Shown one piece after another: positions 29,390 through 39,174 of a stretch of DNA of 64,000 nt (the first letter of the stretch is position 1; each line of letters begins with the position of its first letter). The stretch is from Candidatus Latescibacterota bacterium (GTDB lineage: Bacteria > Latescibacterota > UBA2968): contig OZ242311.1 of assembly GCA_965207885.1 (NCBI GenBank), positions 3,392,001-3,456,000 on the forward strand, written 5' to 3'. Under the pieces are notes generated by a model. That model ran no database searches and was not told the origin of the DNA. It was given only the letters and a program-made list of their open reading frames with translations. Both the position numbers and the translations under genes were made by a program.

Positions 29390-30682
29390 TCATTCCTTTA
29401 CACCTTTTTTCAAACTGTCTAAGTTTTCACGAAGTTCTTTCACAACTTCAGGATGATCGTCTGCGACGTTGTTCTTTTCGCCAATGTCGCGATCCAGATC
29501 GTATAACTCCAGACCATTTGTACCGAAATCCATCAGAAAGCGATGGTCTTGTTCCGGTTTGCGCCCAGGAAGCAACAGCTTCCACTTTCCCTTTCTAATA
29601 CCGACACCCATATTGGCATCGCCATCTCCCACCTGATCATAGATAAAGGTTTCTCGGCCTTCTTCAGTCTGCCCCGAAAGCAATGCGGTCTGATCAATGC
29701 CGTCAATCACGCGATCCATCGGTGATTTGACACCTGATAGTGTGGTAAAAGTCGGCAGCAAATCAATCGTGGCCCAGAGCGCATCCGAGGTGCGCCCAGC
29801 CGGGACTTTATCCGGCCAACGGACAATACAGGGCACACGAGATCCGGCTTCATAAGCTGATCCCTTACCGGCGCGCAACGGCCCGGGATCGCCCCAAAAG
29901 ATGGAACCCTCTGGATGACCTTTCTTGTTTTCATAGTACTTTGATTGGCACCACGGTCCGTTATCCGTAGTATAGATCACCAGTGTGTTGTCGCGCAGTC
30001 CCAGTGTGTCCAGCTTGTCGAGCAAACGTCCGGTCTCATGGTCTAACTCTTCAACCACATCCCCATATAGTCCACCAGCCGATTTTCCCTTAAACTCAGG
30101 AGATGCATCGATGATCGTGTGCAACATCGTATGCGCCAGATAGAGCGCAAACGGCTTGTTCGGATCTCGGAAATTCTCCAGAAAATCAATCGCTTTATCG
30201 GTGTACAGGCGAATTGTACAGCTCATGTCTTCTGTTTCGGCGACCGCTGTGTTATTCTCGTGAAACTTTATAAATCCGTTGTCGTTTGCGCCAAGAGTAC
30301 CGTAATAATAATCAAACCCCTGGGCATTCGGCATCCGCTCGATAATTTCCTTCCTGTTCGAAACATCCCACTTACCGACGCAGGCTGTCTGGTATCCTGC
30401 GGGTTTCATCAACTCGGCAAAGGTGATCTCACTGGCGGGCATCCCCCAGCCCTTGCTGCGGACCGGATAGCGACCAGTGAGCAATGCCGACCGCGATGGA
30501 CCGCACACCGGCTGGGCGTAAAAGCTGGTGAAGCGCGTGCCCTCCTTCGCCAGTTGATCCAGACGCGGTGTCTTGTTCTTTTTGTTTCCAAAACACCCGA
30601 GATCCGCATATCCTTGATCATCGGTAAAAATAATCAGAATATTCGGACGTTCTTTGAGATCATCATCTATCGACTTACTCAT
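29390..30682 (-). CDS. arylsulfatase A-like sulfatase
   Basis: TDDQGYAD, CGPSR, TDNGPW, GKGSAYEAG motifs. Confidence 0.93.
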   Translation of the reverse strand: MSKSIDDDLKERPNILIIFTDDQGYADLGCFGNKKNKTPRLDQLAKEGTRFTSFYAQPVCGPSRSALLTGRYPVRSKGWGMPASEITFAELMKPAGYQTACVGKWDVSNRKEIIERMPNAQGFDYYYGTLGANDNGFIKFHENNTAVAETEDMSCTIRLYTDKAIDFLENFRDPNKPFALYLAHTMLHTIIDASPEFKGKSAGGLYGDVVEELDHETGRLLDKLDTLGLRDNTLVIYTTDNGPWCQSKYYENKKGHPEGSIFWGDPGPLRAGKGSAYEAGSRVPCIVRWPDKVPAGRTSDALWATIDLLPTFTTLSGVKSPMDRVIDGIDQTALLSGQTEEGRETFIYDQVGDGDANMGVGIRKGKWKLLLPGRKPEQDHRFLMDFGTNGLELYDLDRDIGEKNNVADDHPEVVKELRENLDSLKKGVKE

Positions 30683-30833
30683 CTGATAAACCTTTCTTTT
30701 TGCATCTGTGGTTGTGCAAAATATGGGATTGCCCCTTTCTGCCGTGGTTTAAGGACCAGTGCAGATCCGTTGTATCGCTTGTGCATCGCATCACGTGATA
30801 CACTTGGAATCGCACATTGTGAGTGGCTGGGGA

Positions 30834-31697
30834 TTAATATCGCTGAATAGGATTCGCCTCCCCCTCAACCCGATGCTTATACAGCAACTTTACTTCCTCG
30901 GGAAACCTTTCATAAATCTCCCTCGGCACCATTGCCTGATTACGCCCCCCAAATTCCAGATTCATCCACCATGGCGAATACCGCGTCAGCATCGTCACTC
31001 GCGGTTCATCGCTCGGATTATTTCCCGCCGTATGCCAGATTCGACTGTCGATCATCACGACACTCCCTGCTTTTCCTTCCAGCTGAATCTCGCCCGGGAT
31101 CGATTGCTTGACCGGAACATCATCGTGCACTTCTGGCGGATTGCGCGGGTCCAAGTGACTCCGCGGATTCCGCAAATCCCGATGACTGCGAGGCACCACC
31201 CAGGTACCACCATTCTCTGGTGAAAAATCCGACAACATCCATAATGCCGTAATCCCTGCCACCACATTGGGAAACGGCATTATAAAAGCACCCGCCCGTT
31301 CTCGGTCTGTCAAATCGTGTGGAAAATCTGAATGCCACCCCCGGTGACCCATCTTTCGCTCACCGGGTTGCCGTGTCTTAAACTCCGTCTGTGCAATACG
31401 TATGTGATGCGGATCCAACAGTGCCTTTGCAATGCCCACCACGCGTTCATCGCCAAAATAAGCTGCAAGACCGGGAATAAACGAAACTGCATTTCTATGA
31501 GGTTTGCCCTCTGCGTCAGATTGAAACACAAGTGAGCCACCGATCTCTTCATAATACTTCAGCCCATTTTTATGACCCTCCTGCACATGATCACAAAGAG
31601 AATCGACCTGATCCTCAGGAATCACCCCTTCGACCAAACACCAGCCCTCTGCTTTCATTTGCTCAACATGAGATTCGATTATTTCAGATACAGACAT
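30834..31697 (-). CDS. PhyH-family dioxygenase (WHSDxPHDL type)
   Basis: WHSDFPHDL, NGGTWVVPRSH, DSRIWH, RYSPWW. Likely start MSVSE at 31697. Confidence 0.88.
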   Translation of the reverse strand: MSVSEIIESHVEQMKAEGWCLVEGVIPEDQVDSLCDHVQEGHKNGLKYYEEIGGSLVFQSDAEGKPHRNAVSFIPGLAAYFGDERVVGIAKALLDPHHIRIAQTEFKTRQPGERKMGHRGWHSDFPHDLTDRERAGAFIMPFPNVVAGITALWMLSDFSPENGGTWVVPRSHRDLRNPRSHLDPRNPPEVHDDVPVKQSIPGEIQLEGKAGSVVMIDSRIWHTAGNNPSDEPRVTMLTRYSPWWMNLEFGGRNQAMVPREIYERFPEEVKLLYKHRVEGEANPIQRY

Positions 31698-31789
31698 AAC
31701 ATCCTCCGTAGTTTTGCAGCTTTCCAAAATCGTTTGTCTCTGTATCTTGTCCCCAAAGTTAAAAAAGAATTTTTGTGATAAATCGCACT

Positions 31790-32590
31790 TTATTTGCGAT
31801 TCGGTCCCGGATACGGACACGCCTCCCCATTGCGGATCATGAACCACCTGCCGGCATGATCTGCACCTTCCGACACTTCATCGGGAAACCCAATCATCAC
31901 ACCACCCCATCGCGTGCGGTCGCTCGTATTTGGTGGACTCATATGCCACATGTGAGAATGCCAGGCCACCCCATCGCCTGGTCCCAGCGGCACAGATTCA
32001 GGCGTTTTTTCAGCTACCAACTCACGCGGAATTTCGGGGGTGACACTGTCTTCATAACGAATGTGGTCAATGACTTCCCCTTTATGCGACCCTGGCATGA
32101 CATGAAGACAACCATTTTCCAAATCCACAGCCTCCAGCGCGATCCAAATGCTGAGATGGCGTTGCATATATTCTCGCGTGCCCAGTGACGGATCGCGCTC
32201 CCATATCCAGATATCTTGATGCCAGGGTGTCGATTCGCCCAACCGAGCAGGTTTGGTAAAAAATCGTGATCCCATCACCCGCACATTTTCGCCAACAAAA
32301 CGCCGCATAACCGAGACGACATTCTCAGCGGTTAACCACTCCTCCCAGAGTACCCGGTTCCGACAACCAAACGGGTCACCCACCGCCCGTACACCCTCTC
32401 CACCGTCCAGATCTGCGTTGTCAGCCCGCCTTCTATCCGGTGGAAACCATTTGACCTCTCCTGCGACGGCACGCTCGATTTCATTTTTCACTGCCTCAAT
32501 GGCCTGATCTCCAATGAGATTGCGAGCCACAAAAAAACCACGGTCTTCTAATTGAGCCTCTGCATCTTCGGGTATTGAAAACGCACCCAT
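31790..32590 (-). CDS. PhyH-family dioxygenase (MGAF type), close paralog of 27060..27851
   Basis: PWHQD, ENGCLHVMPGSH, WHSHMWHMSPPN motifs. Confidence 0.9.
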   Translation of the reverse strand: MGAFSIPEDAEAQLEDRGFFVARNLIGDQAIEAVKNEIERAVAGEVKWFPPDRRRADNADLDGGEGVRAVGDPFGCRNRVLWEEWLTAENVVSVMRRFVGENVRVMGSRFFTKPARLGESTPWHQDIWIWERDPSLGTREYMQRHLSIWIALEAVDLENGCLHVMPGSHKGEVIDHIRYEDSVTPEIPRELVAEKTPESVPLGPGDGVAWHSHMWHMSPPNTSDRTRWGGVMIGFPDEVSEGADHAGRWFMIRNGEACPYPGPNRK

Positions 32591-32593
32591 CTG

Positions 32594-32902
32594 CTATTCC
32601 TTCCTATTAAACGGGCGACCGAGTGGAATCGCCCCTACACATCTGCGTCCATCTGTGTCCATCTTCTGACGGATCACTACCTCGCCCACGGACAGGTCAT
32701 CGCCGTCTGCCGGGCCTTTATAGCCGCGCCTGAAATTGGGGAGAATCGTATAGCGGGTGACTTCGCCGCCTTGATCCTCGGAGGCTGTCGCTTCCAGCGT
32801 CCCCTTTACCAGAGAACGAAGCTGCTGCGCAAAATCTGGAGATTGCCCCTGCTCCTTTCTGTCGTGATTGAAAGACCAATGTAGATTCGTTTTTTCACTC
32901 AT
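32594..32902 (-). pseudogene. hypothetical protein, probably 3'-truncated at a REP-like element
   Basis: Has an RBS (GGAGG) and ATG, but the last codons read through a palindrome. Confidence 0.45.
32611..32638 (-). repeat. REP-like palindrome (GTAG family)
   Basis: Minus strand reads GTAG-GGGCGA-TTCCACTCGG-TCGCCC-GT. Confidence 0.7.
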
Positions 32903-32943
32903 TCTATTTTATCCTCCAGCTAATAAGAATTCGATATGCTGAT

Positions 32944-34989
32944 CTAATAGCTCAAACCATGACCAAACGGAAACAGCGTGTCTGCTTTGTCGTATCCCGG
33001 TGCGTCTGGATCCTGTTTCGCAATCGCCTTTGCATTTTTAGCCAGAGCAAAAGGAAGTTTCCCTGAAGGCTTGAATTTTCCAGTCAGAATATCTAAAATA
33101 GCTGCATCGCTCACGCCAAAAGTCGCCAAAATCGCGCCAGCCTTTCTCAATCCGCTTTGCTGGTCCAGTACATAGGGTTGCCGAAACCGAATGGCGAGAA
33201 TAGTCTTGTCGGCCCCCACTTCCTTCATAACACCCTGAATATCCGTGAGAGAAGGTGAAATGGACCAGGATTTGGCCTTTGCCATATCAGAAAACGCCAG
33301 CAAATCCAGTTCATCTGGACTGGCCCCGCCAAAGCGTCTATCCCGTGAACGCGGGTTAGAAACAACAATCCGCAAAATCGCATAGTCTGTACCTTCTGGC
33401 ATAGCAGGACGCATCTCATTCTTGTCGGGATCATAATCTCCTGCCACTACAGTATAACCCGACCACTGAGTGTCCTCCACCACTTCCGGGTTCATACCCA
33501 TCGTATAAATTTGAATCGAATCGGCCTCACTCTGAGCCATCAGGGGCAACACACCAGCATTGTTTTGCAGCAAAACAATAGATTTGCGCTGCGCAATCTC
33601 AGCCTTCTTCTGAAATGCCCGGTTGCCGACCAGATAGGCTGCACGATCTGGATTCACGTAGGGGTTCTCAAAAAGTCCCAGTTCAAACTGTTCTTTTAAA
33701 AGTCTTCGAACAGATAGATCAACCCGATCTACAGAAAGCTTTCCGCCAGTCACCAGATTCAAAATCTGTTTATTGTTATTAAACCCGGATAGCACATCGG
33801 TTCCCGCCTCTATGGCTATGACAATCTGCTCATCAACACTCTTGTCTTCCAAACCCCAGGCGCGAGCACCAATAATGCCTGTATCAGAATTGACATATCC
33901 TTTAAACCCGAGCTTATTTCGCAGCAACTCGGTCAAAATTCCCTTCGAGAAAGCCATTCCCACATCATTGGGCAAATACTGCTGACCGATTGGAACGCCA
34001 TAATAAGGCATAATTGACGACACCCCTGCATTGATGGCAGCTTTAAATGGCCTCACATGATAATCAAAGTTTTTCGCAGGATAAACCTGATTCTTACCAA
34101 AGTCGTAGTGCGGATCACCACCGCCTTCCTGGGGACCACCACCGGGAAAGTGCTTCATTGTCAGCGCAACACTTTTTGAATTCAGTTGCTCACCCTGTAG
34201 ATTCTTCACCAGAACAGTCATGATATTGGCGGCCAGGTCTGCATCTTCTGTAAATGTCTCATGAACCCGATACCAGCGCGGTTCCGTCGCAAGATCGGCC
34301 ATATAGCCATACATGGATCGCAAACCAATCGATGTCCACTCCCTGGCCATGGTCTGGGCAAACTCCGCAATCAGATCCATATCTCGTGTTGCCGCCAGCC
34401 CTGCTTCTTTTGGCCACTCAGAAAAAGACCCCGCCGATACACTGATACCTGCTCTTGCATCGTGCTCGTAGTGATTTCTGGCATTGGATTTGAACAGAGC
34501 GGGAATACCCAGACGAGCTGACTCTGCAAGTTCCTGCATCGCATTCATAAACTGCGCGGCTTCATAAGGAGTAATTTCAGCACCGCGCCACCGCGATCCC
34601 GTGTCAGAGCCGGGCGTCGCAGTAACAGTGTTGCGAAAGATAAAGCGGGTCATCCTTTCCGTGTCAACAAATTGCACAGCGCGATCAGAAAGCCGACCAC
34701 CAGACTCGGCGTTTAACGTATTGATGAGCAACATGCCAGCCTTTTCTTCTATGGTCATGTGCGAAAGCAGATTCGCCACACGCTGGTCAACGGGCTGACG
34801 CCAATCTTCGTACACATCAACTCTGCCATTTTTATTCAAGTCTTTAAACTGCAAACCATCTAAATGCAAAATATCTACAACCCGCGCATTGAGCATAGGC
34901 TGAGATGGGTATGTGCCCTGTGCTTCTACATTTGAATACAGCACAGACACTGTCAATAAACTCATGATCCATAAACCTATTTTCTTCAT
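32944..34989 (-). CDS. secreted GH3 beta-glucosidase-like glycosidase
   Basis: Signal peptide, KHFPGGGPQ, IMPYY, GYVNSDTG (nucleophile Asp), LFPFGHGLSY. Confidence 0.93.
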   Translation of the reverse strand: MKKIGLWIMSLLTVSVLYSNVEAQGTYPSQPMLNARVVDILHLDGLQFKDLNKNGRVDVYEDWRQPVDQRVANLLSHMTIEEKAGMLLINTLNAESGGRLSDRAVQFVDTERMTRFIFRNTVTATPGSDTGSRWRGAEITPYEAAQFMNAMQELAESARLGIPALFKSNARNHYEHDARAGISVSAGSFSEWPKEAGLAATRDMDLIAEFAQTMAREWTSIGLRSMYGYMADLATEPRWYRVHETFTEDADLAANIMTVLVKNLQGEQLNSKSVALTMKHFPGGGPQEGGGDPHYDFGKNQVYPAKNFDYHVRPFKAAINAGVSSIMPYYGVPIGQQYLPNDVGMAFSKGILTELLRNKLGFKGYVNSDTGIIGARAWGLEDKSVDEQIVIAIEAGTDVLSGFNNNKQILNLVTGGKLSVDRVDLSVRRLLKEQFELGLFENPYVNPDRAAYLVGNRAFQKKAEIAQRKSIVLLQNNAGVLPLMAQSEADSIQIYTMGMNPEVVEDTQWSGYTVVAGDYDPDKNEMRPAMPEGTDYAILRIVVSNPRSRDRRFGGASPDELDLLAFSDMAKAKSWSISPSLTDIQGVMKEVGADKTILAIRFRQPYVLDQQSGLRKAGAILATFGVSDAAILDILTGKFKPSGKLPFALAKNAKAIAKQDPDAPGYDKADTLFPFGHGLSY

Positions 34990-35145
34990 GTCATACTCTC
35001 CAATGTATTAAGGGGCGTGCATATGCCCGACATATCTCGATAGACTTTTAAATGATGTAGTCGTAATTTATATCGTTGCGTAGCCTTGCCATAACATCAA
35101 AAAACCTGCGCCCAATATTATAACACCTCCCAGGAGAACATCACC

Positions 35146-36243
35146 GTGCAAATTACAGATGTAAAAACAACCGTTCTGTCGATGCCTCATCTGACAGGCA
35201 TCCAAGATGCCACCATTCGTCACCTTGAACAGGGCAGAACACAGTGCTTTGTCCACATCGTCACCGATGAGGGATTGGAAGGGCTGGGCACCGGAGGGGG
35301 CGCACGAGCCGTCCGTGAAATCATCGAAGGGTCGTTCAAACCCATTCTGGTAGGTCAGGACCCACTCAACATCGAACAATTGTGGGCCGACATGTTCTGG
35401 CGCATACGCGGTGTGGGCCGCAAGGGCCTCGCCTTTTGCGCCCTTTCAGCAGTCGATATTGCCCTGTGGGACCTGAAAGCCAAGTATTATCAAGCTCCCC
35501 TCTACAAACTACTCGGCCCTTATACTGACACCGTCCCGGTTTACGGTAGCGGCGGTTGGACCCACTTCAGCGTAGATGAATTAATTGCCGAACAGGCCAG
35601 CTATGTAGAACGCGGCATGAAGTCCGTCAAAATGAAAGTCGGCAAAGATTTTGGCCGAAGTGAGGATGAAGATGTGGCGCGACTATCTGCGGTGCGGAAA
35701 GCACTGGGCGATGACGTGGAGATTCTCATTGACGCAAATAATGGATACTACGCCAAGCAAGCCATTCGCATGGCCCAGACGTTTGAGGAATACAACATCG
35801 GCTGGTTTGAAGAACCCGTGCTGGCTGATGACATCGAAGGCCTGGCCGCCATTGCACGTGCCACCGCGATTCCCATCGCAACCGGCGAACACGAGTACAC
35901 CAAATATGGCTTTAAAGACCTCATCGCCCGGGGCGGAGCGGATATCGTCCAACCCGATGTGGGCCGGGTCGGCGGCATCACCGAATGGATGAAAGTGGCA
36001 CACCTCGCCCACGCCTTCAACCTGCCCGTTGCGCCACACGCCTACCAGCTCATCCACCTGCACCTATCTTGCGCGACCCCAAATCTGCGAATTGTGGAAT
36101 ACCTCGGCATGGTGGAAGAAGCCGACCGGATAACCTACACAGAATTTTCCGAGCCAGTCAATGGCGTCTGGTCGCCCAATCCCGACAAACCCGGTCTGGG
36201 TCTGGAACTGGATCCCGAGGCAGTGAAACAATACGCAGTATAG
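35146..36243 (+). CDS. mandelate racemase-subgroup acid-sugar dehydratase
   Basis: SAVDIALWDLKAK, KMKVG, DANN, WFEEP, TGEHEY, APH motifs. Confidence 0.92.
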   Translation: MQITDVKTTVLSMPHLTGIQDATIRHLEQGRTQCFVHIVTDEGLEGLGTGGGARAVREIIEGSFKPILVGQDPLNIEQLWADMFWRIRGVGRKGLAFCALSAVDIALWDLKAKYYQAPLYKLLGPYTDTVPVYGSGGWTHFSVDELIAEQASYVERGMKSVKMKVGKDFGRSEDEDVARLSAVRKALGDDVEILIDANNGYYAKQAIRMAQTFEEYNIGWFEEPVLADDIEGLAAIARATAIPIATGEHEYTKYGFKDLIARGGADIVQPDVGRVGGITEWMKVAHLAHAFNLPVAPHAYQLIHLHLSCATPNLRIVEYLGMVEEADRITYTEFSEPVNGVWSPNPDKPGLGLELDPEAVKQYAV

Positions 36244-36256
36244 ATCAACTTGTATT

Positions 36257-37186
36257 TCAATTATTCTCAGGCAGTCCACGCGTCCAGGTTGTGTTCTGTA
36301 TCGGCTTCAGGATCTCAAGCACCTCAACAAGTAATGCTTCATCTATTGGCGATTCTAACCACTCGATATTCTCTTTCAAATGTTCAGGCCGTGTTGTACC
36401 GACCAGTGTCGTTGCAAAATCTGGGCTGGCCAATCCAAATTGCATAGCCAGCTTAGAAATGTTCTCGCCTTTCTGCTTGCAAGACGCCACAGCTTTTACA
36501 CAAACCCGCTTAATCTTTTCGGTAGCGGGATGACCTGGCGCTGGTCCGCGTTCAGTGAAGAGTCCCATCCCCAAAGGTGAAGCATTGATCATCCCCACAC
36601 CCTTTTTCCTTAAATAAGGCACCAGTAGTTCAAAGGACGTGTCATGTAGCATATAGTGACAAAACGACAGCACCGTATCCACATTCGTCCGATCGAGCAC
36701 ATATCGATAGACTTTTAACGGAAATCCAGTGATACCCACAAATCTGGTCTTCCCCTGCTCTTGCAACCGTCGCAAAGTAGGAAGAGCTTCTTCTACGATC
36801 TGATCCAGCGAGACAAAATCGATATCGTGACACTGGAAAATATCCACATAATCCAGCCCCAATCGCATAAGGCTCTCATCCATACTTTCCACAATTCGTC
36901 TAACTGAAAAATCGGACACCCCACCGGCATAACGTCCAACTTTGGTTGCCAGATAATATTTGTCTCGCGGAATCTCCTTCAAAGCCTTCCCCAGTGCGCT
37001 CTCCGATTTTGTTCCACCATAAAGCGGCGAGGTATCAATCAAATTGATCCCATAGTCAATAGCTGTATGCACAGCTTTGATTCCTCGAACTTCATCAGGT
37101 GTTCCATAAATACTGCCCAAACCAGATGCTCCATAACTCAGTACAGAGACTTTCAAACCCGTTTTTCCCAACTCGCGATATTCCAT
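36257..37186 (-). CDS. aldo/keto reductase, L-galactose dehydrogenase-like
   Basis: MEYRELGKTGL, DTSPLYG, QCHDIDF, GITGFPL, NASPLGMGLFT motifs. Confidence 0.88.
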   Translation of the reverse strand: MEYRELGKTGLKVSVLSYGASGLGSIYGTPDEVRGIKAVHTAIDYGINLIDTSPLYGGTKSESALGKALKEIPRDKYYLATKVGRYAGGVSDFSVRRIVESMDESLMRLGLDYVDIFQCHDIDFVSLDQIVEEALPTLRRLQEQGKTRFVGITGFPLKVYRYVLDRTNVDTVLSFCHYMLHDTSFELLVPYLRKKGVGMINASPLGMGLFTERGPAPGHPATEKIKRVCVKAVASCKQKGENISKLAMQFGLASPDFATTLVGTTRPEHLKENIEWLESPIDEALLVEVLEILKPIQNTTWTRGLPENN

Positions 37187-37206
37187 GCCTTACCTTATGT
37201 GCGCCG

Positions 37207-37545
37207 CTATGACTTTGCCGGAGTGTCTTCCTTATCCAGAGCCGCAATGCCCGTCAGCGCAACGGGTGGACGATCGGGGAATTCCGCTACCAGGCGCAAT
37301 GTCCCGCCCATCGCTTCGACATAGCCACTGAGCGTGGATAGCAGCAGATCACTACGCTTTTCAATACGGGAAACGTTTTCCTGGTTAATCCCGAGTTCCT
37401 TTGCTACGCGCACCTGCGTCTGCTTCCGCGCCTTGCGCAGGTCTCGTAGGGACATCTCTTCAGCGATCAACGCCTTAGCCCTCTCCTCAACTTTCTTCCG
37501 ACGCGCCGGGGGGAGCCGGTCCAGTCTCTCCGTTAGAGTCGTCAT
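37207..37545 (-). CDS. XRE-family HTH antitoxin (HigA-like), orphan
   Basis: SLRDLRKARKQTQ..VAKELGINQENVSRIEKRSDLLLSTL..YVEAMGGTL. Confidence 0.88.
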   Translation of the reverse strand: MTTLTERLDRLPPARRKKVEERAKALIAEEMSLRDLRKARKQTQVRVAKELGINQENVSRIEKRSDLLLSTLSGYVEAMGGTLRLVAEFPDRPPVALTGIAALDKEDTPAKS

Positions 37546-37595
37546 CTTGTCCTCCTCTTATCTTTCAATCGTTCGAGATGCAAGTCGAGTTTCTG
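37542..37595 (-). pseudogene. C-terminal remnant of a RelE/HigB-like toxin
   Basis: Manual translation gives QKLDLHLERLKDKRRTR*. Its stop overlaps the antitoxin start (ATGA). Confidence 0.55.
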
Positions 37596-37599
37596 TTAT

Positions 37600-38985
37600 T
37601 CACGGCGCAATTGGCTCGGGAAAATTGAATCTCACCCAATGCCATTGGAACATATCATTGGTCGCATCATTCCATCCCAACAAACGACCTTTCATATTCT
37701 CTAACACATCGGCGCACATCGGGTCATCAATCCGATTATTCATCTCCGCGGGATCGGTTTCGAGATCGTATAATTCGTCCAGATCGTGAGGTGTATATAC
37801 GTATTTCCAATTCTCCGTCCGCACCATTCGCTGCGAGCTATATCCCCACACCTCACCGTGGCTTTCGCAATACACACTGTCTGCCCAATCGTTGGGATCA
37901 TCGCCATTCACAAGCGGTACCAAACTCCTCGCATCCAATCCCTCGGGCAATTTTCCACCACCCCATTCGACAAAGGTCGGCATCAAATCCATCAGCCGAA
38001 CAAATTGCGACACATTGCGACTCACACCCCCTGGCACTTTCATCAGCAGCGGAATCCGAAACACTTCATCGTACATTGTACCCGATTTTTCAAAATGCTT
38101 GTGACTGCCCGTGGCATCACCGTGATCTGTACTGAAAAGAAATATCGTATTATCCTCAATCCCACATTCCCGTATCACATCCAGCACGCGCCCCACGCAT
38201 GTATCAATCAGAGACACATCGCCGTAATACTTGGCAACCACCTGTCGCCACCACGCCCAATCTTTATCTTGAAGATTCCATTCTCGATGTTTGCGCAAAT
38301 GAGCCGCGGGTTTGCCTTCAAAGGATTCGTCAAAATTTGGCCATGGCGGAATGGATTCAGGATCGTACATCGACGCATAAGGCTCCGGCACAATATTGGC
38401 AAAATGAGGTGCTGTTGCATCAATTCGCAAAAAAAACGGCTTGTCTCCTCCTGCCCGTTCGCGCAACATCTCAATCCCACAATCCGTCACCATCCACGTT
38501 TTATACTCTTCTGGCGACATCTCACCCGTACCCGCCACAGGGAAAGAACTTCCGGGAAACTCAACCGTCAATTCTGTACCAGGGACTATTTTCCCGCGTC
38601 CCCCTCTCCCCATCTTATGCCGATCAAAGCCGTATTCCTCAGGTCCAATATCTTGATGGACATGCCACTTCCCCGCATAATCCAGCACATACCCTGCCTC
38701 TTTGAGCAAACGGCTAAACGTCGGCACATCTGTTGACAATCCCCTATTCCACGCAGGCGCGATATGCGTATTGAGCATCACCCCGTGATTGTGCGGATAA
38801 AGGCCGCTCATCAACGAAGCGCGTGCAGGTGAACAAACAGGGCTTGTGGTATATGCCTGATCAAATCGCACACCCTCCTCTGCAAGTCGATCCAGATTGG
38901 GCGTCTGACAAATCTCATTGCCATAACACCCCAACGCATCGCGTCTCAACTGATCCGTAAGAAACAAAACAATATTGGGCGCCAT
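37600..38985 (-). CDS. sulfatase
   Basis: TDQLRRD, CSPAR, GKWH, STDHGD motifs. Confidence 0.93.
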   Translation of the reverse strand: MAPNIVLFLTDQLRRDALGCYGNEICQTPNLDRLAEEGVRFDQAYTTSPVCSPARASLMSGLYPHNHGVMLNTHIAPAWNRGLSTDVPTFSRLLKEAGYVLDYAGKWHVHQDIGPEEYGFDRHKMGRGGRGKIVPGTELTVEFPGSSFPVAGTGEMSPEEYKTWMVTDCGIEMLRERAGGDKPFFLRIDATAPHFANIVPEPYASMYDPESIPPWPNFDESFEGKPAAHLRKHREWNLQDKDWAWWRQVVAKYYGDVSLIDTCVGRVLDVIRECGIEDNTIFLFSTDHGDATGSHKHFEKSGTMYDEVFRIPLLMKVPGGVSRNVSQFVRLMDLMPTFVEWGGGKLPEGLDARSLVPLVNGDDPNDWADSVYCESHGEVWGYSSQRMVRTENWKYVYTPHDLDELYDLETDPAEMNNRIDDPMCADVLENMKGRLLGWNDATNDMFQWHWVRFNFPEPIAP

Positions 38986-39174
38986 AATCCCTCCTGTCGT
39001 ATGGCCCTTTGCCGACATTCGATCTATCGGTCTTATCTACGATGCTTAAGGGAAAGTGTCAAGGAGAATGCTCAGAACAAATAATTGGTAATATTCTTGA
39101 ACGCTTGATTTACGTACATTTGTAAACTAAATTGCGTTGGACCGCACTGGCAGACAATTCTTAAGGAGAAGATA

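Noticed and set aside
16276-38985. Integron cassette array, given many same-strand unrelated genes
   Set aside because: I found no attC-like RYYYAAC...GTTRRRY palindromes in the spacers and no integron integrase.
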